Below, one piece after another: positions 20,489 to 30,818 of a DNA stretch of 64,000 bases. Within the stretch, counting starts at the first letter, position 1. Each line of letters begins with the position of its first letter. The stretch is from an uncultured delta proteobacterium (GTDB lineage: Bacteria > Desulfobacterota > RBG-13-43-22), in NCBI GenBank assembly GCA_963790475.1, contig CAWBOS010000013.1:288001-352000 (forward strand), read 5' to 3'. A program made the translations under genes and the position numbers. The notes under the pieces are model-generated. The model did no database searches. It was not told where the DNA came from and saw only the letters and a program-made list of their open reading frames with translations.

Positions 20489-20738
20489 TGGCGATCTTTC
20501 AAAAAGTTATAAATTTTTAATTTTATTATCTATTTTATATAATGTCAAGATATTTTTATTAATTTCTAATTAAATGAGGCCAACTTTGATACTCCTCATA
20601 AAAAGTTAAAAAGTAGCCTTTTAAGAGGATATCAAAGAGGTAACCCCCTTGTTTTTCCGAAAGAATTTCTTTTTAATTTGCTTAGCCCTGATATTTTTGC
20701 TATTTTCCGATATCATCGACTTAAATCAGGATGTTTAA

Positions 20739-21935
20739 ATGCCCTTTTGGAGAACCGATAACCCCGATCATATCTTAATCCCCTTTATTGAAGGAGATGG
20801 AATCGGCCCGGATATCTGGCGGGCCACCAGGCCGGTTTTGGAGACCGCAGTCCGAAAAGCCTACGGAGGACTTCGGCGAGTGGAGTGGCTGGAAGTCCTG
20901 GCCGGAGAGAAAGCCTATTCTCAGACCGGCCAATGGCTGCCGAAGCCAACCATAGACGCTATCCGTCAGTTCGGTCTGGCCTTAAAAGGCCCTTTGACCA
21001 CTCCGATAGGTCAGGGGATCCGGAGCCTCAATGTCCAGATCAGGCAGGTCTTGGATCTTTATGTCTGCCTCCGGCCGGTCCGTTATTTTGCCGGGGTACC
21101 CAGCCCCATGCGTCATCCCGAATTGGTGAATATGGTCATCTTTAGAGAAAATACCGAGGACGTCTATTCCGGCATCGAATGGCCGGCAGAAAGTGCCGAG
21201 GCCATAGAACTGAGCGAATGGATCGCCAAGAAAACCGGCAGGAAATTAAACCCTGACTCAGGGATCGGCATCAAGCCGATCAGTCGCACGGGAACCCAGC
21301 GCCTGGTTCGCCGGGCCATCGAATATGCCTTACGCCGCAACAAACCGAGTGTCACCCTGGTCCATAAGGGTAACATCATGAAATTTACCGAGGGGGCCTT
21401 TCGCACTTGGGGTTATGAACTGGCGCAGAAAGAATTCCCCAATGAAACCCTGACTGAAGCGGAATTTGACCGGCAACCCGATGGCCAACACTCTCTGACA
21501 AAGGTCATCATCAAGGACCGGATTGCCGACATGATGTTCCAGCAGGTCCTGTTGCGTCCGGCCGAATACTCGGTCATTGCCACCGGTAATCTGAACGGGG
21601 ATTATCTTTCCGATGCCCTGGCGGCCCAGGTTGGGGGCTTGGGCATGGCCCCGGGGGCCAACCTGGGAGATGATTGCGCAGTCTTTGAAGCCACCCACGG
21701 CTCGGCCCCTCAATATGCCGGCCTGGACAAGGTAAACCCAGGGTCTTTGATCCTTTCCGGTGCCCTGCTCTTGGAACATCTGGGCTGGCAGGAAGCAGCG
21801 GACTTGATTTATGCGGCTATTCAAAGGACCATCTCGGAAGGCGTGGTCACCTATGATCTGGCCCGCCAAATGGCTGGCGCCCATGAGGTCTCATGTTCCC
21901 AATTTGGTCAGTCTCTAATCGAGCGCCTGGAATAA
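20739..21935 (+). CDS. icd: NADP-dependent isocitrate dehydrogenase
   Basis: [52 protein letters not shown]. Confidence 0.95.
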   Translation: MPFWRTDNPDHILIPFIEGDGIGPDIWRATRPVLETAVRKAYGGLRRVEWLEVLAGEKAYSQTGQWLPKPTIDAIRQFGLALKGPLTTPIGQGIRSLNVQIRQVLDLYVCLRPVRYFAGVPSPMRHPELVNMVIFRENTEDVYSGIEWPAESAEAIELSEWIAKKTGRKLNPDSGIGIKPISRTGTQRLVRRAIEYALRRNKPSVTLVHKGNIMKFTEGAFRTWGYELAQKEFPNETLTEAEFDRQPDGQHSLTKVIIKDRIADMMFQQVLLRPAEYSVIATGNLNGDYLSDALAAQVGGLGMAPGANLGDDCAVFEATHGSAPQYAGLDKVNPGSLILSGALLLEHLGWQEAADLIYAAIQRTISEGVVTYDLARQMAGAHEVSCSQFGQSLIERLE

Positions 21936-22658
21936 ATCGTTCTTGGCGGTCCGGATTCATTTCCCTCTTCTTCCCGGAGAAATGCCATTTTTGCCGTACC
22001 TTATTAAATATCCAGGGCGAAGAAATTCCCGGACTGTGCCCGGCCTGCGAAAAAGATATTCAATGGATGCTTCCCCCCTATTGTCCCCGCTGCGGCAAGC
22101 CGTTCCCCAGAGGATCGACTTCTCACTTATGTTCCGATTGCCTCCGACAAAAGCTTTCCTTTGATTGGGGCCGGGCGGCGGCCATGTATCAAGGCGTTCT
22201 GGCGGAGGCCATCCAGCGGTTTAAATATCATGGAGAGGTCAATCTTGCCGGCCCCCTAAGTTGGTTCTGGAACAAAATAAATTTAGAAGAATTTATCCTT
22301 TGAGGCCATCATCCCGGTTCCGCTTCACCCCTCCCGCCTGCGGGAAAGGGGCTTTAATCAATCCCTTCTGTTAGGAAAAACCCTGGGCAAAATTCACAAT
22401 AAAAAGGTCTTGGCCGGAGCACTCCGGCGTATCAGGAATACCATCCCCCAGGTTCAACTTGACCATTCGGAACGGGAAAAGAATGTCCGTGGGGCCTTTG
22501 CCGTCAGGAACCAGGAGGAAATAATGGACAAACGCTTTCTTTTGGTTGATGATGTCTTTACCACCGGGGCGACGGTTAATGAATGCGCCCGGGTTTTAAA
22601 AAAATCCGGGGCCAAGGAAATCATTGTTTTGACCCTGGCCCGGGTAGGAGCGGAATGA
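21893..22658 (+). CDS. comF: ComF family protein (double zinc ribbon + PRTase domain), split by a +1 frameshift near 22292
   Basis: CHFC/CPAC/CPRC/CSDC in first frame; [16 protein letters not shown] and [20 protein letters not shown] in second frame; start uncertain. Confidence 0.85.
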
Positions 22659-23146
22659 AAAATAAAATTATCTCTCGCTCTCAGATTGCCGGATTAATCA
22701 GCGATCTCAAAAAGAAGAGACAAAAAATCGTCTTTACTAATGGATGTTTTGATCTCCTCCATGTCGGGCACGTCCGCTATCTTCAGGAGGCCAGGGCCCT
22801 GGGAGACTGCCTGGTTATCGGTTTAAACAGCGATCAATCCGTGCGACTGATTAAAGATCCGGCTCGTCCATTAATATCGGAAGACCAGCGAGCCGAGGTT
22901 TTGGCCGCCCTGGAATGTGTCGGATATGTAGTTCTCTTTGACGAGGCCGATCCCTTCGCCTTGATCGATGAAGTCAGGCCCGACGTCCTGGTTAAAGGGG
23001 CGGACTGGTCCATGGACAAAATTATCGGGGCCGACCTGGTGAGCTCCTATGGCGGGGAAGTGCGAAGGGTGGACCTGGTACCTTCGATTTCCACCTCGGA
23101 AATCATCAACAGGATTATTTCCCGCTATAGTAAAAGTGACGCCTGA
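22655..23146 (+). CDS. rfaE2: D-glycero-beta-D-manno-heptose 1-phosphate adenylyltransferase
   Basis: VFTNGCFDLLHVGH, GLNSDQSVR, PDVLVKGADW, STSEII. Confidence 0.93.
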   Translation: MKNKIISRSQIAGLISDLKKKRQKIVFTNGCFDLLHVGHVRYLQEARALGDCLVIGLNSDQSVRLIKDPARPLISEDQRAEVLAALECVGYVVLFDEADPFALIDEVRPDVLVKGADWSMDKIIGADLVSSYGGEVRRVDLVPSISTSEIINRIISRYSKSDA

Positions 23147-23161
23147 GGGTCATTTCTCTTG

Positions 23162-23383
23162 TTAACGTTTGAAAAGGGAAAATAAGAGGGTTAAAAGAAT
23201 ACTGATGATGATACAGGTGGTGATAGGAAAATAAAAAGAAACTTTCTCTCCCTTAAAGAATATATCTCCGGGCAATCTCCCGATCCAGGGGATCTTGGGC
23301 CAGAGGAGGAAAATCGTACCGACCCCGACCAGGATCAGACCAATAATGAGGAGTGCCTTTCCTAAGCCATCAAAGGAATTCAA
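23162..23383 (-). CDS. DUF2905-family small membrane protein
   Basis: GRLPGDI...FYFPITTCIIIS motif. Confidence 0.85.
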   Translation of the reverse strand: MNSFDGLGKALLIIGLILVGVGTIFLLWPKIPWIGRLPGDIFFKGEKVSFYFPITTCIIISILLTLLFSLFKR

Positions 23384-23694
23384 CTTTTCTTACATACCCT
23401 TTCCATTTTTTTATACATATTTTATTTTAACTTCTTTCCCTGCCAAGTGTCAATAACCTTTAAAATCCCCCGAGTTAGTATGAATAAGCATTCGTCAGTC
23501 AGCATCGGCGTCCTTACTTTTTGCTTCGCGGGGCCACTTCAGGCCGGCATGAGGATTTATGCCAAAATCCTTCAGAGTTTTTCCGTCACCGGAAAGAACT
23601 ATTGATTTTTTCACAATTCGTCCTTATTATACAACAAAGTTGTAACCGTTGAAAAAGGAAGTAAAAAAAGGATAAGCGAGGAGGGAAGCGGGCC

Positions 23695-24090
23695 ATGTCC
23701 GAGAATGAAGAAAAAGGCTTTGTATTTAAGGACCGCAGGAAAATGTTTTCTGAATCAGATCAAAAACCTGAGGTGGGGGAAAAACCCCCGGAGGAGGAGA
23801 AGGTTCAGGAAAAAGCTGAACAGAAAGAACCCCCTCCACACCCGCCCCTGCCCGAGGTCAATTTCTCCACTTTTATAATCTCTTTGAGCACCGAGGTCTT
23901 GTTTCATTTAGGGGAATTCCCTCATCCCGTTTCAGGGGAAAAGCAAAAGGATCTGCCCCTGGCCAAACACGCTATCGATACCCTGGCCATGCTGAAAGAA
24001 AAAACCCAGGGTAATCTATCCGATGAAGAACAACAACTCTTGGAAGGTATGTTATACGATTTGCGTATGGCCTTTATCCGAACATCATAA
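23695..24090 (+). CDS. DUF1844-family protein
   Basis: F.TFIISL, LAKHAIDTL.ML.EKT.GNL..EE..LL...LYDLR. Confidence 0.85.
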   Translation: MSENEEKGFVFKDRRKMFSESDQKPEVGEKPPEEEKVQEKAEQKEPPPHPPLPEVNFSTFIISLSTEVLFHLGEFPHPVSGEKQKDLPLAKHAIDTLAMLKEKTQGNLSDEEQQLLEGMLYDLRMAFIRTS

Positions 24091-24135
24091 AAGAACCATT
24101 TCGGAATTTTCGTATTACATCAGGAGGACATTGGA

Positions 24136-25603
24136 ATGTCAGAAAATTTTAAAAAACACCGTTATTTATGGACGCTGGCCGGGGTTTCTCTGCTGTCGCT
24201 GATTGCCGGGTTAATCATCGCCGCCAACCTGAACTGGACCAATCCTCTATCAGCCAAAACTGAAGTCCCGACCGTCGGAGGACTTCCCTCTTTCGCCGAT
24301 TTGGCTCAGGCAGCCTCCCCGGCTGTGGTCAATATCAGCACCACCAAAACGGTCAAAGGGGGGGGGCGTGTCTTTGACTTCTTTCAGGGCCCGAGAGATC
24401 GAAGAAATCCAATGGATGATTTTTTTGAGAGATTTTTCGGAGGAGATATCCCCCAACCAAGAGAACACAAACAAAAAAGCCTGGGCTCAGGGTTCATTAT
24501 CGACGAGGAAGGGCATATCCTGACCAACAACCATGTCGTTGAGGACGCCGATGAAATCAAGGTTATCTTAAAAGACCACAAGGAATTCGATGCCAAAGTC
24601 ATCGGCCGGGATGCCAAGACCGATCTGGCTTTGATCAAGATTAAATCCTGGAAAGGGCTTCAACTGATAAAACTCGGAAATTCCGATGAGCTCCGGGTCG
24701 GCGATTGGGTTAGTGGCTATCGGCAATCCCTTCGGCCTGGACCATACGGTTACGGCCGGCATCGTCAGTGCCAAGGGCCGGGTAATCGGGGCCGGGCCTT
24801 ATGACAATTTTATTCAGACCGATGCCTCCATCAATCCCGGAAACAGCGGGGGCCCCCTGATTAATCTCAAAGGAGAAGTGATCGGGATCAACACGGCCAT
24901 TTTCGCCGGCGGCCAGGGCATCGGATTCGCCATCCCCATCAATACGGCCAAAGAACTTATTACTCAATTAAAAGATAAAGGTAAAGTCACCCGCGGCTGG
25001 CTGGGAGTCATGATCCAAAAAGTGACCCCGGACCTGGCCAAATCGTTTAACCTCAAAGATGAGTCCGGCGCCCTGGTCGGAGATGTTACCCCCGGAAGCC
25101 CGGCAGACAAGGTGGGCATAAAACCAGGGGATATCATCATTGAATTTGACAATAAGCCCATCAAAGAAATGAATGAACTCCCGCGACTGGTAGCGGCTGT
25201 TCCGGTGGGTAAGACGGTGGAGGTCAAGGTCTTACGAGACGGTAAGCCTCAAACCTTCAAAGTCCAGGTTCAAGAATTGGATGACAAACAATTAGCCACC
25301 GGTCCTTCACAAACCAAAGAAAGTATGGGACTCTCCGTTCGGGAGTTCACGCCCGAACTGGCCCGACGTTTCAGGATGGATTATGAACCGGGCATCCTGA
25401 TCATCGAGGTTCAGGAGGGAAGCCCGGCTGAAGAAGCTGGCATTCAAGAAGGAGATTTAATTAAAGAAGTAAACCGAAAACCGGTCAAGGACCTTAAAAC
25501 CTATCAAACCCAGATCGGCGGCATTAAAAAAGGAGGGAATGTTCTTTTCCGGATCAAACGGGGAGGGATGAATCTCTTTGTCAGTCTTCGTCTGGGAGAA
25601 TAA
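24136..25603 (+). CDS. htrA: HtrA/DegP (Do-family) periplasmic serine protease with two PDZ domains, split by +1 frameshift near 24710
   Basis: [18 protein letters not shown] in frame 1; [22 protein letters not shown] in frame 2; removing one T gives [12 protein letters not shown]. Confidence 0.92.
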
Positions 25604-25634
25604 AAGATTCTCTATTAAGGAATCTTAACATTTC

Positions 25635-25709
25635 TTTCCAACTTTTCCAATTGGAGTAATGGAGTACTGATTCTATTAGTCCATTACTCCAACACTCCAT
25701 TTTTCCAAC
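25635..25709. repeat. Intergenic hairpin of 8-mer tandem repeats
   Basis: TGGAGTAA TGGAGTAC ... CCATTACT CCAACACT CCATTTTT. Confidence 0.7.
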
Positions 25710-25771
25710 TTATTTTTTCCCTCTTTTTAGGTTCAAGGAATAATTTTCAAAAATTCATAATCCGGTTTTTT

Positions 25772-26632
25772 ATGAAACCCATATCCGAAGGTATCAAAAT
25801 CCTGGCCCCGGCCAAAGTTAATCTTTTTCTGGAAATTCTCGGAAAAAGGGCCGACGGTTATCACGAAATCCGGTCTCTGATACAGCCGATCCGTTTATTC
25901 GATACCCTCTGGATCGAAGCCGGATCCCAGGGTCCTGAAATCCATTGTCCCAGCCATCGGGAATTGGAAAATAAATCCAATCTGGCCCTTCGCGCCATCC
26001 ATCTTCTGGAAAAAGAGTTGAACCGCACTTTGCCTTTTTCGGTTCGGTTAATAAAAAAGATCCCCATCGGAGGCGGTTTGGGTGGGGGGAGCAGTGACGC
26101 CGCGGCTGTTTTAACCGGTATAAACCAATTGTTAGGGGAGCCGGTTCGACCGGAACGTTTGCGGGCCTTAGCCGCTCAAATCGGATCGGACGTCCCCTTC
26201 TTTTTATCTAGCGAAACAGCCCTGGCTTTGGGACGGGGGGAACGGATAGAGCCCTGGCCGGCCTTTCCTTCCTGGTGGTATGTCTTGATTTACCCGGGGT
26301 TTTCCATTTCAACATCCTGGGCCTACGATCATGTAAAATTCCCGTTGACAAGGGGTGAAAAATCAATTAACATTGAAAGGTTAAAGGCCACTAAAGATAT
26401 TAGGGGGAAAGAACGGTTAATAAACGATCTGGAAGAAGTCATCCGGCCTTTCTTCCCCATAGTCGGAGAAATCAAAAAAGCCTTATTGGAACAGGGGGCC
26501 TTCCAGGCCCTGATGAGCGGCAGCGGCTCTACTGTTTTTGGAATCTGGGAGACCAAGAAAAAGGCCCAGGAAGCCTATCTTCATCTGAAAGAACAAGGAT
26601 GGGGAGAAGTCTTTATGGTTAGGGGTTTATAG
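25772..26632 (+). CDS. ispE: 4-diphosphocytidyl-2-C-methyl-D-erythritol kinase
   Basis: APAKVNLFL, KKIPIGGGLGGGSSDAA, GSDVPFF, MSGSGSTVFG. Confidence 0.96.
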   Translation: MKPISEGIKILAPAKVNLFLEILGKRADGYHEIRSLIQPIRLFDTLWIEAGSQGPEIHCPSHRELENKSNLALRAIHLLEKELNRTLPFSVRLIKKIPIGGGLGGGSSDAAAVLTGINQLLGEPVRPERLRALAAQIGSDVPFFLSSETALALGRGERIEPWPAFPSWWYVLIYPGFSISTSWAYDHVKFPLTRGEKSINIERLKATKDIRGKERLINDLEEVIRPFFPIVGEIKKALLEQGAFQALMSGSGSTVFGIWETKKKAQEAYLHLKEQGWGEVFMVRGL

Positions 26633-26642
26633 AAATACAGAA

Positions 26643-26712
26643 CGCGGAGACACGGAGAAGCGGAGAGGAAGGGCCGGGAAGTATTCCCCGTGTCTCCCCT
26701 TCTCCCTATCAC
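26643..26712. repeat. Intergenic hairpin of 8-mer tandem repeats
   Basis: CGGAGACA CGGAGAAG CGGAGAGG ... TTCCCCGTGTCTCCCCTTCTCCCTATC. Confidence 0.7.
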
Positions 26713-26753
26713 CGGGTCGGAATGATTATTAACTTTCATAATTTTTAAAGAAT

Positions 26754-26828
26754 TGGGGTGTCGGCAAGCGGTAAGCCACGGGTCTTTGGAACCCGCATTC
26801 GGAGGTTCGAATCCTCCCACCCCAGCCA
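26754..26828 (+). tRNA. tRNA-Gln (anticodon UUG)
   Basis: Cloverleaf: TGGGGTG acceptor, anticodon arm CGGGT-CTTTGGA-ACCCG, GGTTCGAATCC T-loop, encoded CCA; canonical ispE-tRNA-Gln-prs context. Confidence 0.96.
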
Positions 26829-26895
26829 ATTTTTTTTCGGATTTTCGGAATCGGGTTTACAACAGTAAAATTCATCAGGGTGGTGGCCGGGAAAA

Positions 26896-27837
26896 ATGGA
26901 TAATCAAATGAAATTATTTACAGGCAATTCAAATCCCCAATTGGCGGAAAAAATCTGTTCCTATCTGCAGATGGACCTGGGAGCCATTCAAGTCAGGCGA
27001 TTCAGCGACGGGGAGATTTTTGTTGAAATAGGTGAAAACGTCCGCGGCAAAGATATTTTTGTCATGCAATCCACCTGCTCTCCGGTCAATGACAATCTGA
27101 TGGAACTTTTAATCATTATGGATGCCCTCCGCAGGGCTTCGGCTCGACGGATGACTGCGGTTATGCCTTATTACGGCTATGCCCGCCAGGACCGCAAGGT
27201 CGCACCCCGGGTTCCCATCACGGCCAAATTAGTGGCTGATTTGATTACCGCCTCCGGCACCAGGAGGGTATTGACCATGGACCTTCATGCCGGGCAGATT
27301 CAAGGTTTTTTTAATATCCCCGTGGACAACCTTTTTGCCGCTCCGGTACTGCTGGAGTATATCAAAGAAAATTTTCAAAACAATCTGGTGATCGTCTCCC
27401 CCGATGTGGGAGGGGTGGAGCGGGCCAGGGCCTTTGCCAAAAGACTCAATGCCCAGATCGCCATCATTGATAAGCGTCGAGACCGACCAAACTCCTCTGA
27501 AGTTATGAATATTGTCGGCAAGGTGGAGGGTTGCAACGTCATCCTTTTGGATGACATGGTGGACACTGCCGGGACCCTGGCCAAAGCCGCCGTGGCTTTA
27601 TCCGAACAGGGGGCAAAAAAAGTATTTGCCTGTGTCACCCATCCGGTGCTTTCTGGTCCGGCCGTGCACCGGATTATGGATTCCCCTATGGATCAATTGG
27701 TGGTTACCGATACTATTCCCTTACAGGGCAGGGCCGCTACATGTCCTAAAATCAAAGTGCTGACCGTAGCCCCTCTCCTGGGAGAGGCGATTCGAAGGAT
27801 TCATGACGAGGACTCGGTCAGTTCTTTGTTCGTTTAA
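26896..27837 (+). CDS. prs: Ribose-phosphate pyrophosphokinase
   Basis: [37 protein letters not shown]. Confidence 0.98.
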   Translation: MDNQMKLFTGNSNPQLAEKICSYLQMDLGAIQVRRFSDGEIFVEIGENVRGKDIFVMQSTCSPVNDNLMELLIIMDALRRASARRMTAVMPYYGYARQDRKVAPRVPITAKLVADLITASGTRRVLTMDLHAGQIQGFFNIPVDNLFAAPVLLEYIKENFQNNLVIVSPDVGGVERARAFAKRLNAQIAIIDKRRDRPNSSEVMNIVGKVEGCNVILLDDMVDTAGTLAKAAVALSEQGAKKVFACVTHPVLSGPAVHRIMDSPMDQLVVTDTIPLQGRAATCPKIKVLTVAPLLGEAIRRIHDEDSVSSLFV

Positions 27838-27927
27838 CAGGATACTGAAACGGTTTGACCGGGCGGTAAGAATAAGTTTTTCGTAGTTCAATACTAAAAG
27901 TATAAAAGGAAAGGGAGTTAATACATT

Positions 27928-28584
27928 ATGGAACAAGTAGCCATAGAAAGTTTTGTTAGAAAGCCCTCCGGCAAAGGCGGGGCCCGCACCTTGCGGCGAA
28001 CCGGGGCTATCCCGGCAATTTTTTACGGACCGGAGACCGAATCGATCCCTATTCAGGTAACCAAAAGCTCTCTGGAGAAAACCTTAAAAAAACAATCCAG
28101 TGAAAATATCCTTTATCAGTTGACCATCAAAGGAAATGACCCGGAGATAGTTAAAACGGCCATGCTCAAAGAACTTCAACAAAACCCTATTGATCGGGAG
28201 ATCCTCCATCTCGACTTTTATGAGGTATCCCTATTCAAGGAAATCGATGTCACGGTCGGGCTGAAGATCATAGGTAAGGCCGTCGGGGTGGAAAAAGGTG
28301 GAATCCTCCAGGAAATATCACGGGATTTGGAAATTCGCTGTCTGCCTACCAATATCCCCAATCATATTGAGGTGGATGTGACTGCTCTGGATATCGGGGA
28401 TTCCATCCATGTCAGTGATATCAAATTGCCTGAAGGAATTCTTGTCCTCTCCGATGCCCATCTCACTCTGGTTACCGTGGTTCAGCCGATAGAAGAAAAA
28501 CCCGCGGCCGAGGAGCCCGCTCCCGAACCCGAGGTGGAAGTGGCCACTAAGAAAGGCAAAGCCAAAACCGAGGCAGAGGGGTAA
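27928..28584 (+). CDS. rplY: 50S ribosomal protein L25 / Ctc
   Basis: GKGGAR.LRR.G.IPAIFYG, HLDFY, GVEKGG. Confidence 0.95.
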   Translation: MEQVAIESFVRKPSGKGGARTLRRTGAIPAIFYGPETESIPIQVTKSSLEKTLKKQSSENILYQLTIKGNDPEIVKTAMLKELQQNPIDREILHLDFYEVSLFKEIDVTVGLKIIGKAVGVEKGGILQEISRDLEIRCLPTNIPNHIEVDVTALDIGDSIHVSDIKLPEGILVLSDAHLTLVTVVQPIEEKPAAEEPAPEPEVEVATKKGKAKTEAEG

Positions 28585-28592
28585 CCTTCCCG

Positions 28593-29174
28593 GTGTACCT
28601 GATTGTCGGCTTAGGGAATCCAGGTCAAAAATACAAAAACACTCGCCATAATCTGGGTTTTTTGACCCTGGCGGCCTTGGCCCGCCGTCATCAAATCTCG
28701 CCAGAAAAACGAAAGTTTGAAAGTCATTACGGGTTGGGAGAAATACTTCAGGAAAAGGTCATTCTCTTAACTCCCTTGACCTATATGAACCTGAGCGGTC
28801 AGGCCGTCGGCTCTTTCCTGCGATATTTTCAGATCTCATCTGCCAATCTGATCGTCATCCACGACGATCTTGATCTCCCCTGGACCCGAATGAAGATAAC
28901 GAATAAGGGTGGGGCCGCCGGACATAAAGGCCTCCTGTCCATAATAAGTCATATTCAGGCCAGCGAATTTATTCGGATACGCCTGGGAATCGGCCGTCCG
29001 CCGGAAAGAATTCTACCGGAATCCTATGTCCTGGAAGCCTTCTCGGCCGAAGAGAGAAAAGACCTTCCCCTCCTGATCGACCGGGCCTGCGAGGCTATCG
29101 AGGTCATCCTTGAACAGGGAATAACCACGGCCATGAACCGATTTAATGTCCGGGAATCCAAGGCTGAGGTTTAG
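28593..29174 (+). CDS. pth: Peptidyl-tRNA hydrolase
   Basis: LIVGLGNPG..Y..TRHNLGF, TYMNLSG, HDDLDL, GHKGL, RIRLGIGRP. Confidence 0.97.
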   Translation: MYLIVGLGNPGQKYKNTRHNLGFLTLAALARRHQISPEKRKFESHYGLGEILQEKVILLTPLTYMNLSGQAVGSFLRYFQISSANLIVIHDDLDLPWTRMKITNKGGAAGHKGLLSIISHIQASEFIRIRLGIGRPPERILPESYVLEAFSAEERKDLPLLIDRACEAIEVILEQGITTAMNRFNVRESKAEV

Positions 29175-29231
29175 ATAGTAGATTAAAAAATTTAGAAAAC
29201 AGGCTAAAATCCATTTTCCGAATTCTTCAAT

Positions 29232-30584
29232 ATGACTGACGAACCTTTGCCCAAGACTGATTCGAGAGCCCCGAAAAATGTTCAATTTTGGCCAAGATCA
29301 AGGAAAACGAAAATTTTGACCACAGGAATACCTGTAGTATTTCGAGGATTAAAATTTGAGTTTGACAAAGAGATTGGGCAAAAGGGGACGTTTTTCAAAT
29401 TTTTCAGCTTAATCTTTTTACTCACCCTCCTTAGTTCCTGCTCCTTTTTCGTTCAAAAGCCCTCTCCCGCCGAAGAATCAATCCGTTTCCAATTGGTTCC
29501 GGAACAAGAATGGCCTATATTGGAGGATGACTTAGATCAAGAGGGTTTAGAGCAGGCGGTTGTTCAAAGTCTGACTTATCTGAAAAATCGATCCGGAGAT
29601 AAAAAATTTATTCTGGGATCGCGGGAGATATCCAATGAAGAATTTCTGGAAAGCTTAACCCTTTTTCTGGAGATTATCAAAGATAATCCGGATAAAGACT
29701 CCCGGTTAATACAGATCAAGACTCAATTTCAACTTTATCGAACAGTCCAAAACAAAGAACCTTTGCCTCTTCTGGTAACCGGTTATTATGAACCCCTTCT
29801 TCGGGGGAGCCGTAATCCAACTGATCGCTTTCGGTACCCCGTTTACGGCCTACCCGATGATCTTTTCTTCATCGATCTGGGAAAATTTTCAAAAAAATAT
29901 CAAAATCAAAAATTGATGGCCAGGATCGAGGACAACCAGGTTATTCCCTATTATTCCCGGCGGGAGATTGATCTGGAAGGCCGTCTGGCCGGGAAAAATC
30001 TGGAAATTCTCTGGGTGGATGATCCGTTAAAACTCTTTTTCATGCACATTCAGGGGTCGGGCCAGGTTCTTCTCGAAGATGGATCTACGGTCAAATTAGG
30101 CTACGAAGCAACCAACGGCCATCCGTATTATGCCATCGGACGGGAACTGATCCGTAAAGGGGTGATTAAACCTGGAGATATATCACTTCAGTCCATCTAC
30201 GCCTATCTTGCAAATCATCCGGAAGAGCAGGCGGCCATATTGAACCTGAATCCCAGTTACATTTTTTTCCAGGAGGTGCAGGGGGGACCTTTCGGCAGTC
30301 TGGGCTTACCCCTTACGCCAAACCGCTCGGTGGCCGCGGATTTTAAAATTTTTCCTCCGGGCGGACTGGCCTGGTTGGAGAGTTGGAAACCACAATTAGA
30401 TAATCAAAATCAAATCCGATCCTGGGTTCCTTTTGGACGCTGGGTCTGCCTTCAGGACAGCGGCGGGGCCATAAAAGGCCCTTCCCGGTTGGATCTTTTC
30501 TGGGGGAATGGCCAGGAAGCCGAAATAGCGGCCGGCCACCTCCGCCACCCGGGAACTATTTTTATTCTATTAAAAAAAGAGTAG
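29232..30584 (+). CDS. mltA: Membrane-bound lytic transglycosylase A (MltA + 3D domain), lipoprotein; N-terminus contains an in-frame repeat element
   Basis: Lipobox LLSSC, TGYYEP, FFMHIQGSG, NPSYIFF, QDSGGAIKG..R.DLFWG. Confidence 0.9.
   Translation: MTDEPLPKTDSRAPKNVQFWPRSRKTKILTTGIPVVFRGLKFEFDKEIGQKGTFFKFFSLIFLLTLLSSCSFFVQKPSPAEESIRFQLVPEQEWPILEDDLDQEGLEQAVVQSLTYLKNRSGDKKFILGSREISNEEFLESLTLFLEIIKDNPDKDSRLIQIKTQFQLYRTVQNKEPLPLLVTGYYEPLLRGSRNPTDRFRYPVYGLPDDLFFIDLGKFSKKYQNQKLMARIEDNQVIPYYSRREIDLEGRLAGKNLEILWVDDPLKLFFMHIQGSGQVLLEDGSTVKLGYEATNGHPYYAIGRELIRKGVIKPGDISLQSIYAYLANHPEEQAAILNLNPSYIFFQEVQGGPFGSLGLPLTPNRSVAADFKIFPPGGLAWLESWKPQLDNQNQIRSWVPFGRWVCLQDSGGAIKGPSRLDLFWGNGQEAEIAAGHLRHPGTIFILLKKE
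29264..29405 (+). mobile_element. ~141-bp MITE-like repeat, copy 1 (degenerate ends), in-frame within mltA
   Basis: Aligns end to end with the reverse complement of 56184-56324 (shared blocks ACCACAGGAATACCT.TAGTATTTCGAGGATTAAAATTT, AGAGATTGGGCAAAAGGGG). Confidence 0.85.
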
Positions 30585-30610
30585 CGCTTTAGGTATTTGA
30601 AAAAGTTTTT

Positions 30611-30801
30611 TTTCACCGCAAAGCCGCAAAGATCGCAGAGAGAATTATTTTTGTTCAATCCTCCGAGAGGTGGGATTGAACAAACCAGATCTGGCCTCCG
30701 GCCAAACAATTACCCTCAGGGTAGCGAAGGTTATTGATTGTCCCGCGGGACAATCAATAAAAAATTTCCTTCTTTGCACCCTTTGGGACTTTGCGGTGAA
30801 A
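30611..30801. repeat. ~190-bp nested palindromic (MITE/REP-like) element
   Basis: 13-bp terminal IR TTTCACCGCAAAG/CTTTGCGGTGAAA enclosing hairpins TTTGTTCAATCC..GGATTGAACAAA and TTATTGATTGTCCC-GC-GGGACAATCAATAA. Confidence 0.75.
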
Positions 30802-30818
30802 GCAGTCTATTATCTACT

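Noticed and set aside
26581-26829. 82-aa minus-strand ORF
   Set aside because: Reverse complement of tRNA-Gln.
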